Assembly: GCA_041178085.1 (NCBI GenBank)
Contig: JBEGVZ010000090.1
Coordinates: forward strand, 1 to 37,131
DNA length: 37,131 nucleotides
From: Pseudomonadota bacterium
GTDB taxonomy: Bacteria > Bdellovibrionota_B > Oligoflexia > Oligoflexales > RGVZ01
Reading direction: 5' to 3'
Shown here piece after piece: positions 1 to 9,071 of this stretch. A program made the position numbers and the translations under genes. Every line of letters begins with the position of its first letter. The stretch's first letter is position 1. Under the pieces are notes generated by a model. The model was not told the DNA's origin and did no database searches. It saw only the letters and a program-made list of their open reading frames with translations.

Positions 1-1
1 C

Positions 2-169
2 GCTCTCGAGTTGCATCACCCGGGTCTGCAAAGAAAAAATCTCGTCACGCAGTGCGCGTTCCTTGGCCGGGGTGAAGCAGGCGGAAAAAGCCATCAGGGT
101 CGAGAACGCCAGAACCAGGCGAAAGCATCGGACGAATGACGGTAGCCGGGTACGGGGTTGCCGGATCAA
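2..169 (-). CDS. N-terminal part of a predicted lipoprotein, running off the window edge (coiled-coil start; possibly CpoB/YbgF-like)
   Basis: Not in the ORF track; translated by hand: MIRQPRTRLPSFVRCFRLVLAFSTLMAFSACFTPAKERALRDEIFSLQTRVMQLES. TTG start at 169 preceded by GAGGAGGG; FSAC lipobox followed by a heptad-like helix. Confidence 0.55.
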   Translation of the reverse strand, partial: MIRQPRTRLPSFVRCFRLVLAFSTLMAFSACFTPAKERALRDEIFSLQTRVMQLES

Positions 170-243
170 GTTCCCTCCTCAGGAAAAAGCAAGCGATGCA
201 GGCCCTTCGCGCAGCCAGGTATCCATTATCTTAAGCATATTTC

Positions 244-678
244 TCAGGTGTTGGCCATCAAACGCATGCGCTTTTTGATCCGGGTGACGATGCGGAAACT
301 TTTCCGGTTTTGCGCGTTCCAAAGGGTGCCGTAGGCCTTCGCTGCGGCCTGCTGGGAGTCGGGGAGGTTCAAGGCGACCAAGCCCAGCATCTCAAGAGTT
401 CTGATGCGAGTCTCGAGTTTGCCCAAAAAATCGTTTTGAGCCTTGATTACGCCCGGCGTGCCTTGCGCGGCAGGGGGGCTTTCTGTATGTTGAGGAGCGT
501 TTGGAGCCGCCCCTGAGGCTGATTCGACGGGGGGTGCAGTCCCGGTTGCGGGAGCCGGTTCGGAGGTTGTAGCAGGTGCCTGCGCCACATCCGTCGCGGG
601 TTCTGCCACAGCGGCTGGTGCAGAGGCGTTATCGTTGTTCGGATCGTCGAACATGGTCTCTGACTCCCGGTTTTCCAC
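244..678 (-). CDS. Hypothetical protein with Pro/Ala/Thr-rich disordered N-terminus and basic helical C-terminus
   Basis: 144-aa ORF filling the gap upstream of the previous gene, same strand; low-complexity linker-like composition; no recognised motif. Confidence 0.55.
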   Translation of the reverse strand: MENRESETMFDDPNNDNASAPAAVAEPATDVAQAPATTSEPAPATGTAPPVESASGAAPNAPQHTESPPAAQGTPGVIKAQNDFLGKLETRIRTLEMLGLVALNLPDSQQAAAKAYGTLWNAQNRKSFRIVTRIKKRMRLMANT

Positions 679-771
679 CTGTGAAAGTCATCGGTTGGCT
701 TGCACATTCCCATTAACCAAGGCACATCAAAACTCAATCCAAGTGCCTGGAATTAAAGAGAAAAAGCAGAA

Positions 772-2547
772 ATGACAGAAAATAACAATGATCTTGAAAA
801 CTTGAATGCCGGTGAGTCCACGGAAAATGAAAAGTTGGAAGGGGAACCCGCGGGCAAGTTTGAGGATCTGCCGGAAGAGAAAGTGGACACAGGTCGCCCA
901 GGTGACGATTTCGAGGACGAGTCAAGGGTGATCGCGGCGGACGAGGGGGCTTCCGAGCGCCTTTCGTCCTTTGAGGATGCCCCCCTGTCAGCTCCCCTGC
1001 GGCAGGCAATTTACGACCTCGGCTGGAAAAATCCGACCCCGGTTCAGGGCATGTGTTTGCCACTCACCCTGGTGGGCCGCGATGTCGCTGGCTTCGCCCA
1101 GACGGGTACCGGCAAGACTGGGGTGTTTCTGATTTCCACGGCTCAGCGCATCCTTGAACAACGTGCGGCCAATCAGGAGGCCGGACGGGCTGGCGCCGAC
1201 GGCGCTGCGCATCCGCTTGCGTTGGTCCTTGCGCCGACCCGTGAACTCGCCATGCAGATTGAACAGGACGCGCAAAATCTTTTTGGCCGCCTGGAAATCA
1301 GTTCGATCGCCGTTTTTGGCGGGATCGACTACGACAAGCAGGCAAAGCGCCTCAAAGAAGGCGTGGATGTCATCATTGCGACGCCGGGGCGCCTTAAGGA
1401 TTACTTCGAAAAAAAGCTGATCCGCCTTGAGCAGTGCAAGATTTTTGTCTGTGACGAAGCTGACCGCATGTTTGACATGGGCTTCATCGAGGACGTTGAG
1501 TTTTTCCTGGGCAAGTTGCCCGAAGATGTCCAGAAGCTGCTTTTCTCGGCGACGACCAACGACGAGGTGAAGGAGCTGGCCTTTGAATACCTGGACAAGC
1601 CGGCTTACATCTCGGTCAATCCGGAAGTTTTGACCCCGGAGAAGATCGAACAGCACGCAGTGATCGTCGATGCCCCGAACAAGCTCAAGGTCATGCTCGG
1701 CATGCTGCGCGAGCACAAGCCTGAGTGCAGCATCATCTTCACCAATACGAAGCTTACTGCCGAGTGGCTTCATTTCAAACTCAGCCATAACGGCATTGAC
1801 GTGGACCTGATCACCGGTGACCTGCCCCAGCGCAAGCGCATCCAGTTGATCCACAAGATCAAGGAAGGCAAGGTCAAGGCACTGATTGCGACCGATGTTG
1901 CCAGCCGTGGTCTGCACATTTCGCGCATCACACACGTCTATAACTTCGACCTGCCGCAGGAGCCCGCCAACTACGTGCACCGGATCGGTCGTACGGCCCG
2001 GGCGGGTGCGAAAGGTAGTTCTTACTCCCTCGTTTGTGATGATTACGGTGAAAACTTTGCTGGCATCAAGGATCTCCTTGGCGAGCAGTTCCCGGTGAAA
2101 TCACGTTGGTACGACTCCGCCTACGAGTCGATCGTGGACGAAGCGGGCAACCCCTTCGAAGAACGTATCCGTGCCTGGAAGGAGGCAAAAGCCTCCCGTT
2201 CAAGTGGCGCACGTTCGGGCGGTCCCCGTCACGGCGGCGACCGTCGTCCAGAATCAGGTCGCGGTGGATCACAGCGACCACAGCGCAGCGATGGCGGGGC
2301 ACGGCACGAACGGCACCATGATCGTCCACGTGGACAACAGGGCGGCCATGGGGGTCAGGAACGACGTGATGGACGCCAGGGCCACCAGCATCAGCGCGAC
2401 CATCATCAAGGACGTGGCCGCGGCCATCGTCATGACCGCAGCCAGTTCCCGCGTCACTTGCCGGTCCAACAGCAGGCACCGAAAGATAACTCTTTCGTTG
2501 GCCTGCTGAAGCGGTTCTTCCGCGCCATGTTTGGCCGCAAAGACTGA
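772..2547 (+). CDS. rhlB: DEAD-box ATP-dependent RNA helicase, RhlB-like
   Basis: Q motif (PTPVQ), DVAGFAQTGTGKT, PTRELA, TPGRL, DEAD, SAT, ATDVASRGLHI, HRIGRTAR. DVAGxAQTGTGKT and RGLHI are RhlB-type variants. Confidence 0.9.
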   Translation: MTENNNDLENLNAGESTENEKLEGEPAGKFEDLPEEKVDTGRPGDDFEDESRVIAADEGASERLSSFEDAPLSAPLRQAIYDLGWKNPTPVQGMCLPLTLVGRDVAGFAQTGTGKTGVFLISTAQRILEQRAANQEAGRAGADGAAHPLALVLAPTRELAMQIEQDAQNLFGRLEISSIAVFGGIDYDKQAKRLKEGVDVIIATPGRLKDYFEKKLIRLEQCKIFVCDEADRMFDMGFIEDVEFFLGKLPEDVQKLLFSATTNDEVKELAFEYLDKPAYISVNPEVLTPEKIEQHAVIVDAPNKLKVMLGMLREHKPECSIIFTNTKLTAEWLHFKLSHNGIDVDLITGDLPQRKRIQLIHKIKEGKVKALIATDVASRGLHISRITHVYNFDLPQEPANYVHRIGRTARAGAKGSSYSLVCDDYGENFAGIKDLLGEQFPVKSRWYDSAYESIVDEAGNPFEERIRAWKEAKASRSSGARSGGPRHGGDRRPESGRGGSQRPQRSDGGARHERHHDRPRGQQGGHGGQERRDGRQGHQHQRDHHQGRGRGHRHDRSQFPRHLPVQQQAPKDNSFVGLLKRFFRAMFGRKD

Positions 2548-2557
2548 AACTCACCCG

Positions 2558-3070
2558 CTACTGATGGCAGGTTTCCTGGGCGGCAGCCCGGGCCTGCTGT
2601 TCTACGTGATCCAGCACACTGGAAATCTGTGTACCGACGATCACCAGCGGAGACCGGATGATCTTGCGGGCCAGCTGGATTTCCGCGCCGGACTGGTACT
2701 GGTAATCAATAGCAAGTTCGTTTTGCTGTGACTGTCCAGCCTCGCGCTGCATTGGCACTGCGATGGTTTGTTCCGAGGCGAGTCGTGCCTGGTTTTGCAG
2801 GATGGCTTGGATTTCCTGGGCCGGCTGTCCCGAGAGCTGCAGGCGCGTCTTCTCTTGCTGGGCTGCATTCAAGGCCTGCTGGTTGCAAGACAGTGTCGTC
2901 ACCACGATTTCCTGGGCGTTGCCCTGGCTAACCTGGATCTCAATCTGCCCCTGCTCCTGTGTCGGTCCCTGGCGTAGCAGGCGGATTCCCTCCACCTGGA
3001 TGCCTGATGCGAACGCGTTGCCAGCGACGATGCCTGCCGCTACCAAAGCGAACGGAGTGAATCGTTTCAT
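2558..3070 (-). CDS. Secreted Gln-rich hypothetical protein
   Basis: Signal peptide MKRFTPFALVAAGIVAGNAFA, with AAGGA RBS upstream. Confidence 0.75.
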   Translation of the reverse strand: MKRFTPFALVAAGIVAGNAFASGIQVEGIRLLRQGPTQEQGQIEIQVSQGNAQEIVVTTLSCNQQALNAAQQEKTRLQLSGQPAQEIQAILQNQARLASEQTIAVPMQREAGQSQQNELAIDYQYQSGAEIQLARKIIRSPLVIVGTQISSVLDHVEQQARAAAQETCHQ

Positions 3071-3127
3071 GTGCTGTCCTTTCGTGAAATTGAAGAGCGT
3101 GATTGCCCCAACACCTCAAGGTGTGTT

Positions 3128-3143
3128 TGCAAATCACGCTCCA
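3128..3143 (-). promoter_or_regulatory. Candidate sigma54 (-24/-12) promoter
   Basis: Minus strand reads TGGAGCGTGATTTGCA (GG-N10-GC), about 58 bp upstream of the start at 3070. Confidence 0.5.
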
Positions 3144-3168
3144 TTAACGAAAGAAAAGAGTTCGCCGT

Positions 3169-5076
3169 TCAGACGCTGGCGATGATCGTCAGGACAATCC
3201 CCATGATGGATCCGCCCGCAATGATTCCGGCACAGACCGTCTCCTGGTTGTCGACAAAGATCCGTCGCATGACACCGGGTTCAGAATCCGCCGCAGCGGC
3301 GGCTGGTTTGTCGAACTTGCGGTGCAACGCCCAGAAGATGAATGCGCCCAGCGACATACTCCAGCAGTTGCTGAACGGCAGGACGCCAGCCAGGCCAAGT
3401 CCCATTGCCGATACCGGGAACTTTCCTTTTGAACGCTGGTTGAAGAACTCAATCACGATGCCCAGGATGCCGCCGATCAGTGCTGCGTACTGTGCGGTCG
3501 GATGCAGGGAAGTCAGCCCCTTGGTCAGCACCTCGGCGACGGCCTTCCAGATCTGGGCGCCTGGGAAAGGTGTATTTTCTGCCCCAATGCGGCTCAGATC
3601 GTTATTGAGGATCAGGTAGAACACCGGCACTGCCGCGAGTGCACCAACGATGATGCCGAGCACGTGGCCGACCGCCTGTTGGCGTGGTTTTGCGCCCAGC
3701 ATGTAGCCCGGCTTAATATCCATGAGCAGGTTGCTGGCATTGCCGGCGACTTCACCCGTGATACCGGCAGTCATGATGTTGGTCTGGATGTTGCCCGGTG
3801 CCAGCACGCTAAAGCTCAGTTGCGTCAGCTTGCCGAGTGCACCTGTTGGCGTGATGCTGGTAAGACCGGTTGAATTCACTGCAATCAACGTGAAAACGAA
3901 CACCAGGGGAATGGCGATCGCGCCCAGCCAATAGTCGATGCCGAAAAGGATTTTGCCGGTGACCACAGCGATACCGCCGAGTACCGGAATGCCGACTGCG
4001 AAGACCCACATGGGAAGTTCGATGTCCTTGAGGATGTCCTCTTCCTTGTTCTGTCCGCCTTTGCCGCCGAACATGCCGGAAAAAGCGCTCAACAGGACCT
4101 TGGGCTTGGAAAAGAACGAGTAGAGTGACGCCGTGGTCATCATCGCTACGCCGGGCCACAGGGACCACATGGTGATTTCCTTGAACTTGGCGGATGCAAT
4201 GATGCCCTGGTCAAGCAAGTAAGGCACAAGAATGAAGTAGTTGATAATCCCGCCGGCCAGCATTGAAGCGCCCGTTTTGACGCCCATGAGGCCACCTGTG
4301 GCCAGCATGACGATCGAGGTTTCCCAGCGAATCGTCAGGTCCTTGAGCGGAGTGCCCATGAGCTTGAGCTGGACGAAGCTGTTGGCGGAATAAAGAAAGT
4401 CATCCCAGTGTTCCGGGATTGCCGCCCACTTTGCGTGGATGCGTTCCATGAAGCCGTGGTCGCGCAGACCCTCGATCAAAGCAGAAAGGCCAGCGCCAAC
4501 GCCAAGGATTTTTGCCTTCAAGACCCCATCCTTGCCGTCGCCCGTGTGCAGGTTGGCCATGACCACGCCCGCCGCGCGCCCTTCCGGGAAAGGCAGCTGC
4601 TCGTCATTGATGAAGCGCTTCTTGAGCGGGAAGGCGAACAACACTCCGAGGATCGAAAGCAAAGTGATCCAGATCATCGTGTGACTCATCGGGATGAACT
4701 GGTTGGTGACCAGCATGTAGGCCGCGATGGAAGACACAAGAGGCCCGGTCATGTAGCCGGCGGACGTCGCGATGGACTGCATCGCGTTGTTTTCAAGAAT
4801 CGTCAGTTCGTTGCCCAGGTTGATCTTTGACAGGACCTTGAAGAAAGCGAAGGCGAGGATGACGGACGTGATGCCGACACCAAGGGTCCATCCGGTCTTG
4901 ATGCCTACGTAAAGGTTGGTCAAGCTCAGTACGCCGCCCAGGATCATTCCGGTCAAAGCAGAGCGCAGAGTCAGCTGGGGCATGTCGCCCTTGTAGACAT
5001 TCTTGAGCCACCACTCGTCCTTTTCGCGCAGGGTCATCGAGTGGACTTGTTCTTGCGTCAGCTGCTCAAGCTTCAT
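3169..5076 (-). CDS. OPT family oligopeptide transporter
   Basis: QLTLRS, NLYVGIKTG, ENNAMQSIATS, LPFPEGRA and DIKPGYMLGAKPRQQ motifs; many TM helices. Confidence 0.92.
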   Translation of the reverse strand: MKLEQLTQEQVHSMTLREKDEWWLKNVYKGDMPQLTLRSALTGMILGGVLSLTNLYVGIKTGWTLGVGITSVILAFAFFKVLSKINLGNELTILENNAMQSIATSAGYMTGPLVSSIAAYMLVTNQFIPMSHTMIWITLLSILGVLFAFPLKKRFINDEQLPFPEGRAAGVVMANLHTGDGKDGVLKAKILGVGAGLSALIEGLRDHGFMERIHAKWAAIPEHWDDFLYSANSFVQLKLMGTPLKDLTIRWETSIVMLATGGLMGVKTGASMLAGGIINYFILVPYLLDQGIIASAKFKEITMWSLWPGVAMMTTASLYSFFSKPKVLLSAFSGMFGGKGGQNKEEDILKDIELPMWVFAVGIPVLGGIAVVTGKILFGIDYWLGAIAIPLVFVFTLIAVNSTGLTSITPTGALGKLTQLSFSVLAPGNIQTNIMTAGITGEVAGNASNLLMDIKPGYMLGAKPRQQAVGHVLGIIVGALAAVPVFYLILNNDLSRIGAENTPFPGAQIWKAVAEVLTKGLTSLHPTAQYAALIGGILGIVIEFFNQRSKGKFPVSAMGLGLAGVLPFSNCWSMSLGAFIFWALHRKFDKPAAAAADSEPGVMRRIFVDNQETVCAGIIAGGSIMGIVLTIIASV

Positions 5077-5136
5077 GGCTTCTTGGACTCCAAGTTAAGG
5101 GGGCTTTCATTCGGGTCTGGGGCTGTACTGTATTGA

Positions 5137-5916
5137 TTACAGCCAGCCTTTCAAGCGGTAAGCCAGCATGCCGGCATATTCGTTGAGGGTCGTCATGGAC
5201 TTTCGTGCGGTACCGAAATTGAGCCAACCTGATTCCGTCACGATTCCCGGGGGTGTCCGGATTTCGGGGGCATGAACGGCACATACTTCGAAGCCGGTTT
5301 TTGCAAAAACGGCTGCCGACCTGGGCATGTGGATTTGCGAGGTCACGAGCACCACGGGTCCACCCTTGTCGCCCAGCAGCTTGCGCGTGAAGAGAGCGTT
5401 GTCGTGGGTGTTCAAACTTGCGGATTCCTTGACGATTTGGACGCCATTCCGCGCACCTTTCCCGTCGGTGACCCGGTCAGGGACAAGCTTCTCGAGCATG
5501 GCGGCCATGGCGTCGCTTTCCGCCAGTGAACCAGGGACGTTCAAGTTGGCGGGGCCCCCGGTGACGACCACGGTGATTGCGCGGGATTCCGGCGGGGGAT
5601 TTTTTTTGAGCCAGCGAGCGGCTGCGATCAGCCGTTCCAGGGAAGCCTCACCGGGAATGCCGTCCGGCGTGGCGCCGCCCCCGAGCACCACCACAGGCCC
5701 AGGATGGCCTTCGCAGCCGTTTCCCTGGGCGACAAGATTCGCTGCCGCGTCAAGGAGCGGGGCCCGGATTGCGTTCGAGGTCAGGGGGGATGCGAGAATG
5801 ACAAACAGGATCAGGCCAGCCCAACCGCAGGCCGTGGCCCACTTCCTGAACCTGGGGCGAAACCAGCCCTGGCTCAAGCCGATGGCCAAGAGGACCACCA
5901 CCAGGCCCGCGTCCAT
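5137..5916 (-). CDS. YdcF/DUF218 (ElyC/SanA-like) membrane protein
   Basis: VVVLGGG, VVTGG, AESDAM, ESASLNTHDNA, LVTSQIHMPRS, NEYAG. Start moved to ATG 5916 to avoid overlap with the divergent gene. Confidence 0.88.
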   Translation of the reverse strand: MDAGLVVVLLAIGLSQGWFRPRFRKWATACGWAGLILFVILASPLTSNAIRAPLLDAAANLVAQGNGCEGHPGPVVVLGGGATPDGIPGEASLERLIAAARWLKKNPPPESRAITVVVTGGPANLNVPGSLAESDAMAAMLEKLVPDRVTDGKGARNGVQIVKESASLNTHDNALFTRKLLGDKGGPVVLVTSQIHMPRSAAVFAKTGFEVCAVHAPEIRTPPGIVTESGWLNFGTARKSMTTLNEYAGMLAYRLKGWL

Positions 5917-5968
5917 GGTCAGGTCCTTGCCGATCCTGACCAGTGGACGTGACCATGTGCTCGCTGTT

Positions 5969-6709
5969 ATGGATGCGGGTTCCATGCGTTACCAGACCAA
6001 AGTTGAGACCATCACCGTTGCACCCGGAAGTGACTTCCCCGTCGAACTTCAAGTCGAGTCCATCGCGGATTTCAACCGGGCAATTGATGACATGTTTGCA
6101 GAGTTGCAGGCGCGGGGCGAGCAGGATTTGCTAGCGGAGCTTTGTCCCTACTTCGGGGCGGTCTGGGCATCCGGGCGGGCCTTGGCCGATTTAATTGCAG
6201 CGGAGCCGGCGTCCGCCGTCTACGGAAAATCCTTTCTTGAAGTCGGCTGCGGATTGGCTCTGCCTTCCTTGACGTTGCTCAAACGCAGCGCCTTCCGCGT
6301 CATGGCCACCGATCTTCATCCGGACGTACCCGCTTTCCTTGAGCGGAACCTGAGTCGCAATGGACTGGAAAACCATCCGGGCTTTTTTTACCGCCAGGTG
6401 GACTGGCGCAGCGATGAGGGGCTGCGTGCTGTGACAGAGATTTTTCCGGATCGGTTCCCGGAAGTTATCCTGGCCAGTGATGTCTTGTATGAGCGCGGCC
6501 AGGCCGAGGCCGTGGCAGGTTTTCTTGCGACGTGTTTTTCCCGCGGGACAAGCCGGGTGATCTTGACGGACCCGGGGCGCCCCTGGCTCCAGGATTTTGT
6601 AACAGCTGCGTCTCGTTACGGATTGAAGCCCACCCTTGATTCCCGCGTCGTGCCAGACCCGATTGGCGAGGTCAGCGTATTTGTGCTTTTCTTCGACCGC
6701 GCTGGCTGA
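5969..6709 (+). CDS. Class I SAM-dependent methyltransferase, METTL21/Methyltransf_16-like
   Basis: C-terminal part of track ORF 5327..6709: PYFGAVWASG, LEVGCGLALPSL, ATD, VDW, ILASDVLYE, DPGR. Start is ATG 5969 or 5984. Confidence 0.85.
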   Translation: MDAGSMRYQTKVETITVAPGSDFPVELQVESIADFNRAIDDMFAELQARGEQDLLAELCPYFGAVWASGRALADLIAAEPASAVYGKSFLEVGCGLALPSLTLLKRSAFRVMATDLHPDVPAFLERNLSRNGLENHPGFFYRQVDWRSDEGLRAVTEIFPDRFPEVILASDVLYERGQAEAVAGFLATCFSRGTSRVILTDPGRPWLQDFVTAASRYGLKPTLDSRVVPDPIGEVSVFVLFFDRAG

Positions 6710-8138
6710 GCTGTGTGAACAGGCTGGAAACATCCTTCCGGTTTGTAGCCAGGAAGCATAGCGCGTAAGTGACGGCACCAATCAGCACCAACGGCCCAAG
6801 GTTGGCAAGGTCCTCCGAGGGACCTCCTCCCATGGCCTTTTGCCAAGCATAGACCACCGCAGACATGCATGCAGTCGGAATCAGTGCTTTGATGGCCGGC
6901 TCCAGGAAATCATAGGGACGAAGATCGAGCCCCCCCATGGCGGACCGTGTCACGATAAGGGCTGCCACCCAGCGACCAAGGACGCTGGACCATGCGGCGC
7001 CGGTCAGACCCCATTTGGCCGTAGCCGGAATACCCAGCAGGATCGCAGCTGCCAGTCCAGCCCCCAGCGCAAGAAAAAGGGGGCGTATCCTTTGTTGCAG
7101 CGCACACATCTGGAAGCCTGCGATCAGGATCAGCCCGTGGGCAACGCACGCCAGGATCATGATGGACAGCACCGGACCTTGTGATCCAAAGCTGGATCCG
7201 AATACAAGTGCCAGGATGCCCGCGCCGGCGAACCAGGTGCCGGCCGTCACCGGCAACAGGATGGACATCATGGCAAGAAGTGAAACGCGCAGGTGACGGC
7301 GGAGTTCCTTCGTATCGAAAATGGCGATCATCTCGGAAAAGAATACGGCGCTGATGGCGGCAATAAGGGGAGTGATGCTCTGGACGAGCCGGGCTGGGCC
7401 TGAGTACCAGCCTGCTCCCGTCGAGCCAAGATGGTGTTCAACGATGGCGAGGTCGAAGCGTTCAAGGGCCACGAGTAGCATGGTTGCACCGGCGAACGGG
7501 GCAGCCCTGTTGAACGATTCAACCACCCTTGTCATGCGCGGCAAGCGCAGGCCCAGAATTTTCCAGCTTAAAAGAAACGTACAGGTCCCCACCACAGCAT
7601 TGGCGCCGTTGGTGATGACGACGAATGCGACCGAGTCTTCTGGCGACTGCACCAGCCACCATATTCCCGCGATGCTTGCCAGCTTGCCCGCCACCATCGA
7701 CAGGCTGACCAGTGCATTTTTCTGCAGCGCCAGCAGCAGGCCACTCATCTCGATGGCAGACGTCAGCAGAATGAAGCTCGAAGCTACGATTGCCGGGCGG
7801 TAGACAGCCCACCCAGGGACTGTCGCAAGCAGCACAAGGATTACGATCAGCGCAATCATCGCTTGCATCAACCGTCCGGCTGTGACGGCACCCGCTATCT
7901 CACGTTTTTCCTCGGTGGACCGGGCCTGACGTATGGCCAAGGGGATCGACTGGGGATACCCGAAGGCTACGAGCAAGATGCCCCACTCCAGGATCCACAG
8001 GGCAAACTGTGACGCGCCAAAGGCTTCAACTCCCAGCCGGGTTGCCGCAAGGTGCAGCGTCAACAGCGGGGCGATCTTGTTGATCGCCTCACTGATCAGC
8101 GCTGCAACCAGCGTCCATGCAATCCGGCCTTTTCGCAT
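6672..8138 (-). CDS. Wzx-like oligosaccharide flippase (MOP superfamily)
   Basis: Many TM helices; RLGVEAFG, RFDLAIV, AGWYS and WGLTGAAW patterns typical of polysaccharide biosynthesis exporters. Confidence 0.82.
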   Translation of the reverse strand: MRKGRIAWTLVAALISEAINKIAPLLTLHLAATRLGVEAFGASQFALWILEWGILLVAFGYPQSIPLAIRQARSTEEKREIAGAVTAGRLMQAMIALIVILVLLATVPGWAVYRPAIVASSFILLTSAIEMSGLLLALQKNALVSLSMVAGKLASIAGIWWLVQSPEDSVAFVVITNGANAVVGTCTFLLSWKILGLRLPRMTRVVESFNRAAPFAGATMLLVALERFDLAIVEHHLGSTGAGWYSGPARLVQSITPLIAAISAVFFSEMIAIFDTKELRRHLRVSLLAMMSILLPVTAGTWFAGAGILALVFGSSFGSQGPVLSIMILACVAHGLILIAGFQMCALQQRIRPLFLALGAGLAAAILLGIPATAKWGLTGAAWSSVLGRWVAALIVTRSAMGGLDLRPYDFLEPAIKALIPTACMSAVVYAWQKAMGGGPSEDLANLGPLVLIGAVTYALCFLATNRKDVSSLFTQLSQRGRRKAQIR

Positions 8139-8150
8139 TTTGCGGCTGGA

Positions 8151-8804
8151 TCAGGGGCGACGGATACTGACGAGCTCAGTGGTGGTCTCGTAGGTTTCCG
8201 TGCCGAAAGTGCTCATATTACGCTGGAAAACAAGGAACCTTCCGGCCTCAGTTGAGGTCCAGATTTCGGATACCATGCTGCTGTCATCTTGCCCGCCCAG
8301 GCGACTCTGGCGCAGCCTCATGTAGTCGGAGGAAAAGGTGCCTGCACGCACCGTTTTTGATTCCTTGCGACGCTCCTCGACTTTGATGTCGGTTCTGGAA
8401 TCGTTGTCGTCATCGCCGCTGCCCGGGATACCTTTCTGGCAGGTTTCAAGAAAGTCCTCGCGGGTCGTTGTGCTGTCGTGGTCTTCGCCGCTGGTGGTTG
8501 CCCGGATGGTGACGCGCGAATCGTTGGATTCGATGATTTCGCTCGAGTAAGTGGTTTCGAAGCCCATGCCCTTGGTTTCGTAAACCAACTTCATGCCGGC
8601 AGGGTTGGTGGCTACGAATTGCTGCCATGCCTTGGCACAGCTAACTGGATCTCGCCCTGGGCCGACGAGGTCAGTCGGGCCATTAGGATCCTTGTTGTCG
8701 CCGGAGGATCCATCGCCATCATCCTTGGACCCACAGCCCGCCTGAAGCGTCATCAGGGGCAGAACGATCGTGAGTGCAAGAGAGCGGATTGTATTGATCT
8801 TCAT
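8151..8804 (-). CDS. Predicted lipoprotein with a DUF3108-like TVxAGTF motif
   Basis: Strong RBS AAGGAGG before ATG 8804; hydrophobic leader ending QAGC; ESKTVRAGTF. The longer track ORF runs into the tRNA. Confidence 0.78.
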   Translation of the reverse strand: MKINTIRSLALTIVLPLMTLQAGCGSKDDGDGSSGDNKDPNGPTDLVGPGRDPVSCAKAWQQFVATNPAGMKLVYETKGMGFETTYSSEIIESNDSRVTIRATTSGEDHDSTTTREDFLETCQKGIPGSGDDDNDSRTDIKVEERRKESKTVRAGTFSSDYMRLRQSRLGGQDDSSMVSEIWTSTEAGRFLVFQRNMSTFGTETYETTTELVSIRRP

Positions 8805-8867
8805 GGTCTTCCTCCTTGAATCCATTGAGCATTGATCATCGGATTGAAGGGGAATGATAGACGAGAT

Positions 8868-8943
8868 TGGTGGAGCATACCAGAGTCGAACTGGTGACCT
8901 TTGCAATGCCATTGCAACGCTCTACCAACTGAGCTAATGCCCC
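8868..8943 (-). tRNA. tRNA-Ala (anticodon GGC)
   Basis: GGGGCATTAGCTCAGTTGGTAGAGCGTTGCAATGGCATTGCAAAGGTCACCAGTTCGACTCTGGTATGCTCCACCA: 76 nt cloverleaf, G3:U70 Ala identity pair, A32-U38, encoded CCA. Confidence 0.97.
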
Positions 8944-9071
8944 ACATGAGTTGGCAGGCAGCGAATCTGCTGCAACGGACTGGGCTTGTCAACCTCATTC
9001 TGTGCCGTTAAGGTGATCCTTTGGCCCCTTGGTTTCATCAGTACTTCCAGGGGTATAAGGGGGATCGTTGC

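Noticed and set aside
988..1980. Long antisense ORFs (330 aa here; also 23756-24682 and 27824-28693)
   Set aside because: They lie opposite well-supported genes, carry no motifs, and are expected in GC-rich DNA.
5327..5968. N-terminal 214 aa of the 460-aa track ORF
   Set aside because: It is the antisense shadow of the YdcF gene; methyltransferase-like sequence starts only after about 5969.
8868..8943. tRNA-Ala as an integration site for an island
   Set aside because: No integrase and no duplicated tRNA 3' end was seen in the window.
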